Below are positions 48,153 through 58,288 of a DNA stretch of 64,000 nucleotides, piece after piece; positions within the stretch are counted from its first letter, which is position 1, and each line of letters opens with the position of its first letter. The stretch spans positions 32,001 to 96,000 of the forward strand of contig CAVQUB010000003.1 of the NCBI GenBank assembly GCA_963716725.1, written 5' to 3'. Both the position numbers and the translations under genes were made by a program. Under the pieces are notes generated by a model that saw nothing but the letters and a program-made list of their open reading frames with translations, did no database searches and had not been told where the DNA came from. Source of the stretch: an uncultured delta proteobacterium (GTDB taxonomy: Bacteria > Myxococcota_A > Polyangia > Polyangiales > Polyangiaceae).

Positions 48153-48227
48153 CGGAGCCGGAGCCTAGCACTTTTGCCTTCACTCGCCCTCGCTGGGGTA
48201 GGATTGCTGCCCCTCGCCGGACCGCAC

Positions 48228-50474
48228 ATGAGCCTCGACCACCCCGCCAATCACCGCCCGCCGCTTTCGCAGCGCGCTCCCCGACCGCTCGACGACGCGA
48301 GCTTGTTCGTCAATCGCGAGCTGTCTTGGCTGGAGTTCAACGCACGCGTGCTCGCGGAAGCCAACGACACGCGCGTCCCGCTCTACGAGCGCGTGAAGTT
48401 CCTCTCGATCTTCGCCAACAACCTCGACGAGTTCTTCATGGTTCGGGTAGCGGGCCTCCAGGCGCAGCTCTCCGGCGAGGTCGACGAGGTGCCCCCCGAC
48501 GGGCTCTCCCCGGTACAGCAGCTCACCGCCATCAGCGTTCGAAGCCACGAACTGGTGGACGAGAGCTATCGAATCTGGACCGACTCGGTGCAGCCGGCCC
48601 TGCGCGACGTTGGGATCGCCCTCATCTCTCCCGAGGAGCTCGCCGCGGAGGATCAAGCGCTGCTCGACGAGCATTTCAGGAAGGACATTTTCCCGGTGCT
48701 CACACCCATCGTGGTGGATCCGGCGCACCCCTTTCCGCACGTGCGCAACAAGAGCATCAACGTCGGTTTCGTCTTCGACAGCCCGGTGCGCGGGAGCGAG
48801 CCGAGCTTCGGCGTGGTGCAGGTTCCGGGTCCCCTTGGTCGGCTGATCCGGGTTCCTCGCCAGGGGCTCCGCCGAGCGTACGTCACCCTCGAAGATCTGA
48901 TCTTGCGCCACAGCGCCATGCTCTTCCCACAGGTGCGCGTCGTCGGGCGCTTTGCCTTCCGGGTGACCCGCAACTTCGACATCGAGTTGGACGAAGACGA
49001 GGCAGAAGACCTGTTGCTCACGCTCCAGGCCGAGCTTCGGCGGCGCGAGCGCGGCCACGCCGTGCGTCTCAGCGTCGCCGGTGACGTGCCGCCGGACTCG
49101 CTCCAGTTCCTCTGCCGCTCCCTCGATCTGGACATCGATCGGGACGTGTTCACGACGCTGGGTCCCCTGTACCTCGCCGACATGATGGAAATGACCAACG
49201 GCGACGAACGGCGCGACCTTCGCGACGAGAGCTTCTCGCCGGTCTACGTGCCCCCGCTCCGGGACAGCGACGACCTCTTCGAGACGATCCGCGAGCGAGA
49301 CATCCTCCTGCACCATCCCTATGAGTCCTTCGAGGCCGTGGTCGACTTCCTGTCACAGGCTGCCGAGGACCCCCACGTGCTCGCCATCAAACAGACGCTC
49401 TACCGCACGGGGGGCGAGTCGCCCATCGTGCGCGCGCTGCAGCGTGCCGCGGAACTGGGCAAGCAGGTCACCGCGGTGGTCGAGCTGAAGGCACGCTTCG
49501 ACGAGGCCAGCAACATGCAGTGGGCGCGGACGCTCGAGCGATCCGGGGTCAACGTGATGTACGGGCTGATGGGCCTGAAGACCCACGCCAAGGTGCTGCT
49601 CGTGGTGCGTCGGGAGCGGACCGGACTTCGGCGCTACTTGCACCTCGCGACCGGAAACTACAACCAGCAGACAGCGCGTCTCTACACGGACCTCTCGCTC
49701 TTCACGGCCAACGAAGAGCTGGGCGAAGACGCGAGCGCGTTCTTCAACCTGCTCACGGGGTACAGCGCGCCGCAGCGCTGGAACCGAATGATCGTCGCGC
49801 CCCTCGGCTTGCACGAGGCCGTGCTCGGGCTCATCTCCCGCGAGACCGAGCACGGCCTGGCCGGCCGCCCCGCGAAGATCACGTGCAAGCTGAACTCCTT
49901 GGTCGACGCCGACGTGATCGCCGCGCTCTACTCGGCGTCTCAGGCGGGCGTGCAGGTCGATCTGCTGGTACGAGGGATCTGCTGCTTGCGACCCGGAGTG
50001 AAGGGCGTAAGCGAGAACATCCGAGTCCACGCCCTGATCGATCGCTACCTCGAGCACTCGCGGGTCATGCACTTTGCCAACGGCGGAAACGACGAGGTGT
50101 ACCTCTCGAGCGCCGACTGGATGCCCAGAAATTTCCGTCGCCGGGTCGAGGTCATGTTTCCGATCTTGGACGAGTCGATCAAGCGGCGGGTGATCGAAGA
50201 GATCTTGGGCACCATGCGATCGGACACCGCCAAGGGTTGGTTGCTGGAAGCCAAGGGGCGCTACGTGCGCGCCGAGCCGGCAAAGGACGAGCAGCCCCTC
50301 AGGAGTCAGCTCCGCTTCATGGAGTTCGCTCGTGAGCGCGCCCGCGACACCGACAAGGGAGTTTCGCGGCAACTCGCGCCGGCACCCATGCCCACTGCCC
50401 AGGCCACGATGGACAAATTGCGCAAACGCGCCGGCAAGAAGCGCCGCAAGGCCAAGCGTCGGCCGGAGGACTAG
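48228..50474 (+). CDS. ppk1: polyphosphate kinase 1
   Basis: NRELSWLEFNARVL, NLDEFFMVRVAG, HHPYESF, ELKARFDE, KTHAK, SSADWMPRN. Confidence 0.97.
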   Translation: MSLDHPANHRPPLSQRAPRPLDDASLFVNRELSWLEFNARVLAEANDTRVPLYERVKFLSIFANNLDEFFMVRVAGLQAQLSGEVDEVPPDGLSPVQQLTAISVRSHELVDESYRIWTDSVQPALRDVGIALISPEELAAEDQALLDEHFRKDIFPVLTPIVVDPAHPFPHVRNKSINVGFVFDSPVRGSEPSFGVVQVPGPLGRLIRVPRQGLRRAYVTLEDLILRHSAMLFPQVRVVGRFAFRVTRNFDIELDEDEAEDLLLTLQAELRRRERGHAVRLSVAGDVPPDSLQFLCRSLDLDIDRDVFTTLGPLYLADMMEMTNGDERRDLRDESFSPVYVPPLRDSDDLFETIRERDILLHHPYESFEAVVDFLSQAAEDPHVLAIKQTLYRTGGESPIVRALQRAAELGKQVTAVVELKARFDEASNMQWARTLERSGVNVMYGLMGLKTHAKVLLVVRRERTGLRRYLHLATGNYNQQTARLYTDLSLFTANEELGEDASAFFNLLTGYSAPQRWNRMIVAPLGLHEAVLGLISRETEHGLAGRPAKITCKLNSLVDADVIAALYSASQAGVQVDLLVRGICCLRPGVKGVSENIRVHALIDRYLEHSRVMHFANGGNDEVYLSSADWMPRNFRRRVEVMFPILDESIKRRVIEEILGTMRSDTAKGWLLEAKGRYVRAEPAKDEQPLRSQLRFMEFARERARDTDKGVSRQLAPAPMPTAQATMDKLRKRAGKKRRKAKRRPED

Positions 50475-50539
50475 TGCCGCGCGGCAGAAGTTTCGCTGGT
50501 TTCTTTTCCGTGTGCGTGTCGTCGGTGTGGTGGGGTGAC

Positions 50540-51200
50540 ATGATCGACTACAGCGCGTTCGCGGGCCGAGCGCACGGTGGTCGTCCGACGGTTCCGCTCG
50601 CGCTGAGGGCTGAAGAGCGCGCGCGGATCGAGGAGGCGTTGCGACCCGCCAGGGCGGAGCAGCGGCTGGTTCGTCGGGCGCAGGCCGTGTTGATGATGGC
50701 GGACGGAGTGCCTGCGACGGACATCGCCCGGCTCCTCGGGGTGCACGTGCGCACGGTGGACGACTGGCGCAAGCGCTTCGACTGCGCGGCACCTAGCGAG
50801 AGACTGGCGGACGCCCCGCGCTCGGGACGGCCGCCCTCTCTCTCTCGGACACCGTAGCGGCTCGAGTAGAAGCAGAAGCGTGTCGACCGCCGAGCGACGT
50901 CGGCGTGCCCGTCACGCACTGGTCAGCGTCGTTGCTTGGCGTGCACGTTCGCGCGCAAGGAATTCAGATCAGCGACCGGTCGGTGGGCCGCATACTCAAG
51001 GATGCTGACCTGCAACCGCATCGGCAACAAATGTACCTGACTTCGCACGACGACGAGTTCAGGGGGAAGCGCGACGACGTGCTGCGCGTCTACTACGAGA
51101 CGCCAAAGGAGGAGCACATCGTGTGCGTCGACGAGAAGACCGGCATCCAGGCGCTCGAACGCCGCTACGCTGACATTCCGATGGTGGCCGGACAGCAACT
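50540..51200 (+). pseudogene. IS630 transposase: HTH part plus truncated DDE part
   Basis: RAQAVLMMADG..IARLLG..DAPRSGRP; -1 shift at the CT tract near 50840; THWS, CVDEKTGIQAL; remainder lost. Confidence 0.85.
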
Positions 51201-51229
51201 GTTTCGGAGTGAGGCCCGACCACACGGGG

Positions 51230-51630
51230 ATGGCACAGGAAGGGCGAAAGCTCGGAAGATTTGGGGATGGGACGGACGAGGTGATCGGTGCGCTGATCGA
51301 GGTGCATCGGCATCTCGGTCCAGGGCTGATGGAATCCGCATATGAGGCCTGTCTATCTGCCGAGCTGTCCGAACGACGGCTCAAGTTCGAGCGGCAGCGA
51401 CCGCTACCAATCCGCTACAAAGGCGTACACCTTGACTGCGCCTATCGCCTCGACCTGGTCGCTTCCAGATCGTATCCTCCTGGAGCTCAAGGCGGTCGAG
51501 CGGCTGCTCCCGATTTACGAAGCGCAGGTCATCACCTATCTGCGCCTTTCGCGGTTGCCCGTCGGCCTGCTCGTCAACTTCAACGTGACCGCGCTCAGAA
51601 ATGGCCTGCGGAGGCTAACGCCTGACCACC
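51230..51630 (+). pseudogene. GxxExxY-family (PD-(D/E)XK-like) protein, frameshift at about 51465
   Basis: VIGALIEVHRHLGPGLMESAYE, YRLDL, then ELKAVE...AQVITYL...GLLVNFN in the next frame. Confidence 0.85.
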
Positions 51631-51730
51631 CCAAATCCTTCCGCTCTTCCGCCCTTCCTGTGAGAGCCCAAATGAGCGCAGGTCTCAGGGGCGAATCCAC
51701 TCGAACTTCGGCCGCGCGGCACTAGCCCGA

Positions 51731-53617
51731 TCAGCCGGCGTCGGCCGAACCGGCAGCCCGTCCGCCCAGCACCGGGATCAGGCGATGCGCCTCGAGGGTG
51801 CCGGCGCCCTGATCCCGGTTGCAGCTCGGGGTGTAGAGCACGCCCTGGTGGAACAGCGGCTTGGTGAACCGAAAGCCTCGGCCCGACAGCGTCTGGTCGG
51901 TCAAGAGCGCGCCGTCGATGGCGCTCAGGCCGATCAGCCTGCCCGGGATCTGTTCGACCGTCCCCGGCTCCACCAACCAGATCGTGTCTTCGCCCGCGAG
52001 CTCGACCACGCTCGCTCGAGACGGATGCCAGCGAAAGCGCGCGCGCGCGGCGGCCGTGCCGGCGGCGGGGAATACCCAGCGGTTCTCGAGCCGCGGCCCG
52101 TTCGGGCCATCGACGAGCGCCAAAGCGAACACCCCCGACTCGTGGGTCTTGTCGGGCATGAAGGTCGGAACGACGATCAGTGTGGTGTCGCTCGCGCGTG
52201 CAACGGTGGGTTGAGTGACGATCATTCCGGCCCAGTCCGCCTGACAGCCGTCGGACTCCGTACCGCAAACCTCGACCAGCTTCTTCCGCTGATAGAGCGT
52301 GCCAAAGTGAGCCCAATCCACCAGGAAGACGTGTCCTTCCTTGGTCGCGTACGCGACGACTCGCGTTCCCTTGGGAGTCGCGGCCACGACTGGCGTGCTG
52401 CCGCCGATGTAGTCGAGCTTCTCCCAGCACTGGAAGAGCGTGGTTTGGTCGCACACTCCGCTCGCGGGCCGGAGCGGCGGATCGCCCGACGGCACGCGCG
52501 GCACGAACAGGTCCTTGCACGACTCGACGCAGGCCAGCGCCGGCTGATCGGCGTCGAACTTGGCGCAAGCCTCAGGGTCGCAACCGGCGGCGAAGGGGAT
52601 CCCGGGCCTCACCCGAAGCAGCGTGTTCGCGTAGTCACCACGCGAAAGGTCGAGCTTTCCGTTGCCGGGCGAGAGCACCAACTCGGGACCGGTGTCGCCA
52701 TCGACCAAGAGGGGACCCGACGGCGCCCAAAGTCCGGCCCCGCAGGCGCGCGAGCGAGAGCCCGATTCGTCCTCGGGACCGCAATCGTGTTCTGGCGTGA
52801 GCAGCCGAGTCAGGGTGACCGCAGCGCTCGCGCCCGTTGTCTGCCAGGCGTCGAGCGAAAGCTCGAACACCCAGCCGTGCCAAGGTTGGAGATCCCGAGC
52901 GTTGCCGAAGGTGACGACGATCGTGCCAAGCCCCGAGGTGCTCGGCACATGAGCGAGCGCGCCGCGCTGCAGCGCGTGGTCGGGTCGGAAGGGGACGCTC
53001 TTGCCCGAGTCGAAGGCGGGCAACGTCGCACTGAGCGTGACCAGCGGGAAGGTCGGATCGACCGCTCGCGCCTCGAGATCGACGACCGCAACATGTTGGT
53101 GCTTGCGGGAGTCCATCACGTCCCGCCCAGGCTTGTGTGTCTCGTCGGGCATGAGCGTGGTGTGGTAGGCGACCACGAGTCGGTTGCCGACGAGGGCGGG
53201 GGTGCTGACCACGAATGGTCGCTCGGCGCCCGTCGCCGGCAGCTCGATGCGATAGAGCTCAGCTCCGCTGGTGGGGTCGAGGCCGACGACGTGGTCACCG
53301 ACGGCGATGACGATCTCGGACTTTCCAGCGTGCTCGAAGGCGAGAGCAGAGCCGAACAGACAATCTTCGAAGCTGATCGATGGATGGCTCGCGGTCGGGA
53401 ACAGACGCTCTGCTGCGACGGAGTCGATCCGACTCGTGGTGCTACCCCCGGCACCGGCGTCGCCCCCCGCACCGGCTCCGCCGTCGCCCGATCCGCCGGC
53501 GGAGCCCGCGGAGCCCCCGCCGCCCGTCGCGGCCACCAGAGCTTCGTCGTGGCCGCACGCCGCGAGCGCGCCGGCCCCGAACAGAGCGGCAGCGACCAAG
53601 ACCGCCGCTATGCGCAC
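51731..53617 (-). CDS. PQQ-like beta-propeller lipoprotein
   Basis: Lipobox LAAC; Gly linker; VVSTPA, QRGAL, WHGWVF, GLWAPSGP, GNG motifs. Start could be up to 53671. Confidence 0.7.
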   Translation of the reverse strand: MRIAAVLVAAALFGAGALAACGHDEALVAATGGGGSAGSAGGSGDGGAGAGGDAGAGGSTTSRIDSVAAERLFPTASHPSISFEDCLFGSALAFEHAGKSEIVIAVGDHVVGLDPTSGAELYRIELPATGAERPFVVSTPALVGNRLVVAYHTTLMPDETHKPGRDVMDSRKHQHVAVVDLEARAVDPTFPLVTLSATLPAFDSGKSVPFRPDHALQRGALAHVPSTSGLGTIVVTFGNARDLQPWHGWVFELSLDAWQTTGASAAVTLTRLLTPEHDCGPEDESGSRSRACGAGLWAPSGPLLVDGDTGPELVLSPGNGKLDLSRGDYANTLLRVRPGIPFAAGCDPEACAKFDADQPALACVESCKDLFVPRVPSGDPPLRPASGVCDQTTLFQCWEKLDYIGGSTPVVAATPKGTRVVAYATKEGHVFLVDWAHFGTLYQRKKLVEVCGTESDGCQADWAGMIVTQPTVARASDTTLIVVPTFMPDKTHESGVFALALVDGPNGPRLENRWVFPAAGTAAARARFRWHPSRASVVELAGEDTIWLVEPGTVEQIPGRLIGLSAIDGALLTDQTLSGRGFRFTKPLFHQGVLYTPSCNRDQGAGTLEAHRLIPVLGGRAAGSADAG

Positions 53618-53670
53618 TTGACCGTCCCTGTGGTGACGGTGGGTTGCGCTGATCATGCCCGCACTTTGCA

Positions 53671-54906
53671 TCAAAGGCTCATCGGTGTCTTCTGGGCACG
53701 CGGCAGGAACCAGGCAAGCAGCCCAATGGCGGGCAACCAGGCGCAGAGCCGATAGACCGCTTCGATGCCAATCTGATCGGCGAGCTGGCCGAGCACGGCG
53801 GCGCCGATGCCGCCCATGCCGAAGGCAAAGCCGAAGAACAGACCCGAGATCATGCCGGTGCGGCCCGGAACGAGCTCCTGAGCAAACACCAGGATCGCCG
53901 CAAACGCTGACGCCAGGACCAGGCCGATGACGATGGTCAGCACGGTCGTCCACAGCAGATCGGCATGAGGGAGCAGCAGGGTGAATGGCAGCACGCCGAG
54001 GATCGACGCCCAGATCACGTAACGCCGACCGATCCGGTCGCCGACCGGGCCACCGATGACCGTGCCGACGGCAACGCCGGCAAGAAATATGAACAGATGG
54101 ACTTGTGCGGACTGCACGCTGATGCCGAATTTATGCATCAGGTAGAACGTGTAGTAGCTCGAAAGGCTGGCAAGATAGAAGTACTTGGAGAAGATCAGCA
54201 GGCCGAGCACGACGAGCGCAGCGACCACCTGGCGTCGCGTGTAGCCCACTTCGCCCGACGCCCGCGTTGCTGGACGGCGCAGGCTCGGGATGCGCAGGCG
54301 GTACCAGCGACCGATCCGGCCAAGCAGGATGATTGCGACCATGGCCGCCAGCGCAAACCAGGCGATGCTGGTCTGGCCGCGCGGCATGATGATGAAGGCG
54401 GCGAGCAGCGGGCCGGTTGCCGAGCCCACATTGCCGCCAACCTGGAACAGGGACTGCGCCAGACCGTGTCGCCCGCCCGAGGCCAGGCGCGCAATACGTG
54501 AGGATTCGGGATGAAACACGGCTGAGCCGGTTCCGATCATGGCCGCAGCAACGAGCAGGATCGGGAAACTCGGAGCTCGCGACAATAGGAGCAGACCAGC
54601 CAGCGTCGAGGCCATGCCGATCGCCAGCGACCAGGGCTTTGGATGGCGATCGGTCAATGCTCCGACCATCGGCTGCAGTAGCGAGGCGGTGATCTGGAAG
54701 GTCAACGTGATCAGCCCGATCTGGCCGAAATCGAGGGTGAACGAAGATTTCAGCAGCGGATAGATCGCCGGCAGCAGCGACTGGATCATGTCGTTGAGCA
54801 GATGGCAGAAGCTCAACATGGCGAGAATCGGAAACGCCGTGGCGACGCTCGCCTTCGTGGCGGGTCCATCCCGTGAATCGGCGATCACTTCAGCGGGTAT
54901 CGACAT
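53671..54906 (-). CDS. fsr: MFS transporter, fosmidomycin-resistance (Fsr) type
   Basis: CHLLNDMIQSL, SLLQP, GSAVFHPESSR, QSLFQVGGN, SGLFFGFAFG. Confidence 0.9.
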   Translation of the reverse strand: MSIPAEVIADSRDGPATKASVATAFPILAMLSFCHLLNDMIQSLLPAIYPLLKSSFTLDFGQIGLITLTFQITASLLQPMVGALTDRHPKPWSLAIGMASTLAGLLLLSRAPSFPILLVAAAMIGTGSAVFHPESSRIARLASGGRHGLAQSLFQVGGNVGSATGPLLAAFIIMPRGQTSIAWFALAAMVAIILLGRIGRWYRLRIPSLRRPATRASGEVGYTRRQVVAALVVLGLLIFSKYFYLASLSSYYTFYLMHKFGISVQSAQVHLFIFLAGVAVGTVIGGPVGDRIGRRYVIWASILGVLPFTLLLPHADLLWTTVLTIVIGLVLASAFAAILVFAQELVPGRTGMISGLFFGFAFGMGGIGAAVLGQLADQIGIEAVYRLCAWLPAIGLLAWFLPRAQKTPMSL

Positions 54907-55054
54907 GATTGCGCGTGAACTCCACGGGTTATCTTCACGACATACGGAGCATGCGCCACTCGAGATCTGACGAGTCACCGTCCGCAACGCGCGCCTTCAA
55001 GGCGTTCTTTGCCTTGGTCGTCCTCGCCCGGTCTCGCAAGGTCGCCGCGCCTCG

Positions 55055-55624
55055 CTACGGCTCCGTCGGGATCAAGTCGATGGGGTTCGACGGCGCCCCT
55101 TGGTGCAGCCCGCCGTCGCCGACCCAGTAGATGTACGCGGGCGCCGGTGCGTCGTCGAGGTACACGTCCACGCGCACCGTTGCGCCAGGATTGGTCTCGA
55201 ATGACACGCCGTCGAAGTCGAGGGTGTTGGTCGCGACCATGCGCACGCCGCGGGCCGTACGCCAGTCGATGTAGTCGGTGGTCTCCAGTTCTTCGGGATC
55301 GAACTTCACGATCTGGTCCTTGCTGCCCACCGAGACAATGATGTCCCAGGGGCAGTCGTAGCCGGTGATCGCCGTGTCGCAGGCCGTGTACACGCGCCAC
55401 TTGCCCCCGGCCTGATACTCGACAAAGGCGCCGGCGCCCTGCCCAGGCTCGATCTCCGAGAGGGCGGCGCCGGTGTCGATGTTGCTCTCGGCGATGTCAC
55501 CGGGTGGCACGTAGGAATCGCAGGTGGGTCCCACGCAGTCCGCGTTCCCAGCGCGGTCGGTCATGCAGCCGACGACGGAGAGCGACATCAACGACGAGAA
55601 CGCAAGGAGGGATCGAATGCTCAT
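55055..55624 (-). CDS. hypothetical lipoprotein
   Basis: Lipobox VVGC; RBS GAGG; co-oriented with the DUF6600 gene. Confidence 0.7.
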   Translation of the reverse strand: MSIRSLLAFSSLMSLSVVGCMTDRAGNADCVGPTCDSYVPPGDIAESNIDTGAALSEIEPGQGAGAFVEYQAGGKWRVYTACDTAITGYDCPWDIIVSVGSKDQIVKFDPEELETTDYIDWRTARGVRMVATNTLDFDGVSFETNPGATVRVDVYLDDAPAPAYIYWVGDGGLHQGAPSNPIDLIPTEP

Positions 55625-55631
55625 GGTGACC

Positions 55632-56888
55632 TCAGCGACGGCGGCCGGGGCGACCCCGGGACGGGGCCGCTGGCTGCTGCGAGGGAGCCGGGGCGGGGGC
55701 CGGCGCAGCTCGCGGCGGCGGCGCACGATACACCGGCGGGGACGGGCGCGACGGCGGCGCGGCGCGGGACGGCTGAGAGCCCCGGGAGGGCGGCGGCGAA
55801 CGATATTCCGGAGGCGAAGTGCGGGAGGGCGGCGCGCTGCGCGCCGGCGGTGAGGGCTGCGACGGCGACCAGGCGTGCGATGGAGCGCGCGGCGCAGGGC
55901 GCTGCGATCCGGACCAGGACTCGCCCGGTCCGCTCGGGCCTCGTTGCGGCGCCGCGCTCGGCGCGCGCTGCGATCGGAACGGCTGGCTGCTGCCCCCGGG
56001 CAGCGTGCGCGATCCGGCGCGACCCGGCGGCATCCGGCGGACGCCGTCGTTCCAACCTGGCGACACGATCTTCGCGTTGCGATCGCTGGCCTTCTGCCGT
56101 GAGGCCGCGATGGCCTTGGGGTTTGCCGGCACGTGCTGCTTGGGCACGGCCTTGGCGGGGATGCGCGCTCGAGCCGGCGAGGGCCCCGCCCATCCCGGCG
56201 ACCCGCTCGGCGGGAGGTACCGATGCGAGTGCGCGCCAATGCGGTGCGCGTGGTGGTGATCGTGCACCACGTAGCTGTGCATGTGCGCGTGGTAGACGTA
56301 AGCGCTCGGGCAGAACACCCACGGCGTGTAGAGGCCGAACCATACGCCCACCGCGACGCCGTCGTGCCAGACGTAGTCCGGGGGCATGGGCGCCCAGCCC
56401 ACGTAGGCCCAACCCGGTTCGGCGACGCGCCAAGTGACCCAGGCGTGGGCGTAGCGACGCCCCGGGATCCAGGCCCAGCCGACGCCGCCGACCCACACCC
56501 AGCGGCCGTAGTGGAACACCACCCAACCGAAGGAGTAGTCGCTCACCCACAGCCAGCCGCCGTCGTCGGCGACGGCCCAATGACCGGAGGTGACGTAGGG
56601 CGCAAAGTCTGGGCCCACCACGCTGCGGTGCGGGATCCAGACGCGGCCGTAGGTGGCATCGTCGCGCCAGGTTCCGTTCGGTGCGAGCTCCGCATTGAAG
56701 TCAGTGAGCGCGGCGGGATCCGTGTCGTCGTAACCGACCAGCTCATTTCCCACGGGCGGCGAGCCATCGGCGGGCGCGTCGTCCCACTGGGCTCCCTGGG
56801 CGCTGGCGACTCCGGGCATCACGACCGCCAGGGCGATGGAGGCGAGGCCCAGGTTGAACAACCTTCGGCTTTGCATTGGGTCAATCAT
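55632..56888 (-). CDS. DUF6600 / YXWGXW-like secreted protein with Pro-rich tail
   Basis: LAPNGTW...YGRVWIP, FAPY..GHW, GWVVFHYGRW, WIPG, VGWAPMPP. Confidence 0.8.
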   Translation of the reverse strand: MIDPMQSRRLFNLGLASIALAVVMPGVASAQGAQWDDAPADGSPPVGNELVGYDDTDPAALTDFNAELAPNGTWRDDATYGRVWIPHRSVVGPDFAPYVTSGHWAVADDGGWLWVSDYSFGWVVFHYGRWVWVGGVGWAWIPGRRYAHAWVTWRVAEPGWAYVGWAPMPPDYVWHDGVAVGVWFGLYTPWVFCPSAYVYHAHMHSYVVHDHHHAHRIGAHSHRYLPPSGSPGWAGPSPARARIPAKAVPKQHVPANPKAIAASRQKASDRNAKIVSPGWNDGVRRMPPGRAGSRTLPGGSSQPFRSQRAPSAAPQRGPSGPGESWSGSQRPAPRAPSHAWSPSQPSPPARSAPPSRTSPPEYRSPPPSRGSQPSRAAPPSRPSPPVYRAPPPRAAPAPAPAPSQQPAAPSRGRPGRRR

Positions 56889-57097
56889 GCGCTTGGCTTC
56901 GGGGTCTAGCAACCAACGTACCCAGGTTGGACGCCGCCGAGGCCGCCCGCATTCTTCGAGCCGATCCGAGCCGCAGCTGAGCGCATTCTTCTGAATTTCC
57001 AGGGACTCGGCGGGCGTCGACCGAGAACTTTCGGACGTGGTGCAAGCGCCACACCTCTCTCCGGACCGCGATGATTTTGCGCTAGAGTCCGCCCCCC

Positions 57098-58288
57098 ATG
57101 TTGTCCTTCGACGAGGCACGCGAGCGCATCTTGCGCGAGGTTCGGCCCCGAGGCAGCGAGCGCGTCCCGCTCGGCGAGGCCTTGGGTCGGGTTCTGGCCG
57201 AGACGCTCACCGCCGCTGCCCCGATGCCCGCCTTCGATTACAGCGCCATGGACGGCTACGCCGTGGACTCGGGCTCATTCACCGGCGGAGGACCCTGGAG
57301 CTTGCCGGTCATCGGCGAGAGTCGAACCGGGGCGAACCCGCCGAGCCTGGTGCGCGGGAGCGCGTGCCGGATCTTCACCGGCGCGCAGCTGCCCCCGGGC
57401 GCGGACGCGGTCGTCATGCAAGAAGAGGTGGAGCGGGAGGGCGACGGCGCAACCTTCGCCGCGCGTCCGCCGACTTTTGCCCACGTGCGGAGGCAGGGCG
57501 AAGATCTCGCGGTCGGCGCCGTGGGGCTCGAGCGGGGCACCCGGCTCGGCCCGGCGCAAATTGGCCTCGCCGCCGCGCTGGATCGCGGGGACCTCGCCGT
57601 GTTCGAGCGGCCGCGGATCTCGATCTTGTGCACGGGAGACGAGCTGCGCGCTCCGGGATCACCCCCGCGACCGGGCAGCATTCCGGAGTCCAACGGCCAC
57701 AGCGTCGCCGCCATGGTGCGCGCGCTCGGTGGCGCACCGACCCTGTTGCCCTACGTTCCCGACAATCGCGACGCGACCCTCGAGGCGGTGCGGAGCGCTC
57801 TGACCGACGTGGAGCTCCTGCTCACCATTGGCGGGGTCAGCGTGGGCGATCACGATCTGGTGCGCCCCGCGCTCGAGGCCGCCGGCGCCGCACTCGACTT
57901 TTGGAAGGTGAAGATCCGACCCGGCAAGCCTCTGGTCTACGGCACCCACGGATCGACGCGCATCCTCGGCCTGCCGGGCAACCCGGTCTCGGCCCAGGTC
58001 ACCTTCGCGCTCTTCGGCGCGCCGCTGGTGCGCAAGCTCGCGGGCGATCGCCGACCGCTGCCGAGCGCGCGACGCGCAACGCTGACCCACGCCGTCCGCC
58101 AGAAGCCCGGGCGCACCGCCTTCTTGCGCGCGACGCTGGACTTCGACCGCGTCACTCCCGTCGGCAACCAGGCCTCCGGTGCCTCGACCAGCATGGCCTG
58201 GGCCGATTGCCTGATGATCGTGCCCGCCGATTCCGAGGGGCTCGCAGCAGGCGAAGACGTGACCGTGATCCCGCTCGCGGAGATCTGA
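57098..58288 (+). CDS. moeA: molybdopterin molybdotransferase
   Basis: SAMDGYA, RIFTGA, TGDEL, GGVSVG..D, IRPGKP, LPGNPVS. Confidence 0.95.
   Translation: MLSFDEARERILREVRPRGSERVPLGEALGRVLAETLTAAAPMPAFDYSAMDGYAVDSGSFTGGGPWSLPVIGESRTGANPPSLVRGSACRIFTGAQLPPGADAVVMQEEVEREGDGATFAARPPTFAHVRRQGEDLAVGAVGLERGTRLGPAQIGLAAALDRGDLAVFERPRISILCTGDELRAPGSPPRPGSIPESNGHSVAAMVRALGGAPTLLPYVPDNRDATLEAVRSALTDVELLLTIGGVSVGDHDLVRPALEAAGAALDFWKVKIRPGKPLVYGTHGSTRILGLPGNPVSAQVTFALFGAPLVRKLAGDRRPLPSARRATLTHAVRQKPGRTAFLRATLDFDRVTPVGNQASGASTSMAWADCLMIVPADSEGLAAGEDVTVIPLAEI

Larger units (their letters stand above)
50472..51724 (+). mobile_element. IS630-family element (defective) carrying a GxxExxY cassette
   Basis: Terminal IRs TAGTGCCGCGCGGCAGAAGTT / TAGTGCCGCGCGGCCGAAGTT (1 mismatch in 21) with TA at both ends. 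Confidence 0.9.

Noticed and set aside
47208..48227. N-terminal extension making ppk1 1088 aa
   Set aside because: Antisense to the GH-like lipoprotein gene; PPK1 similarity begins only after ATG 48228.
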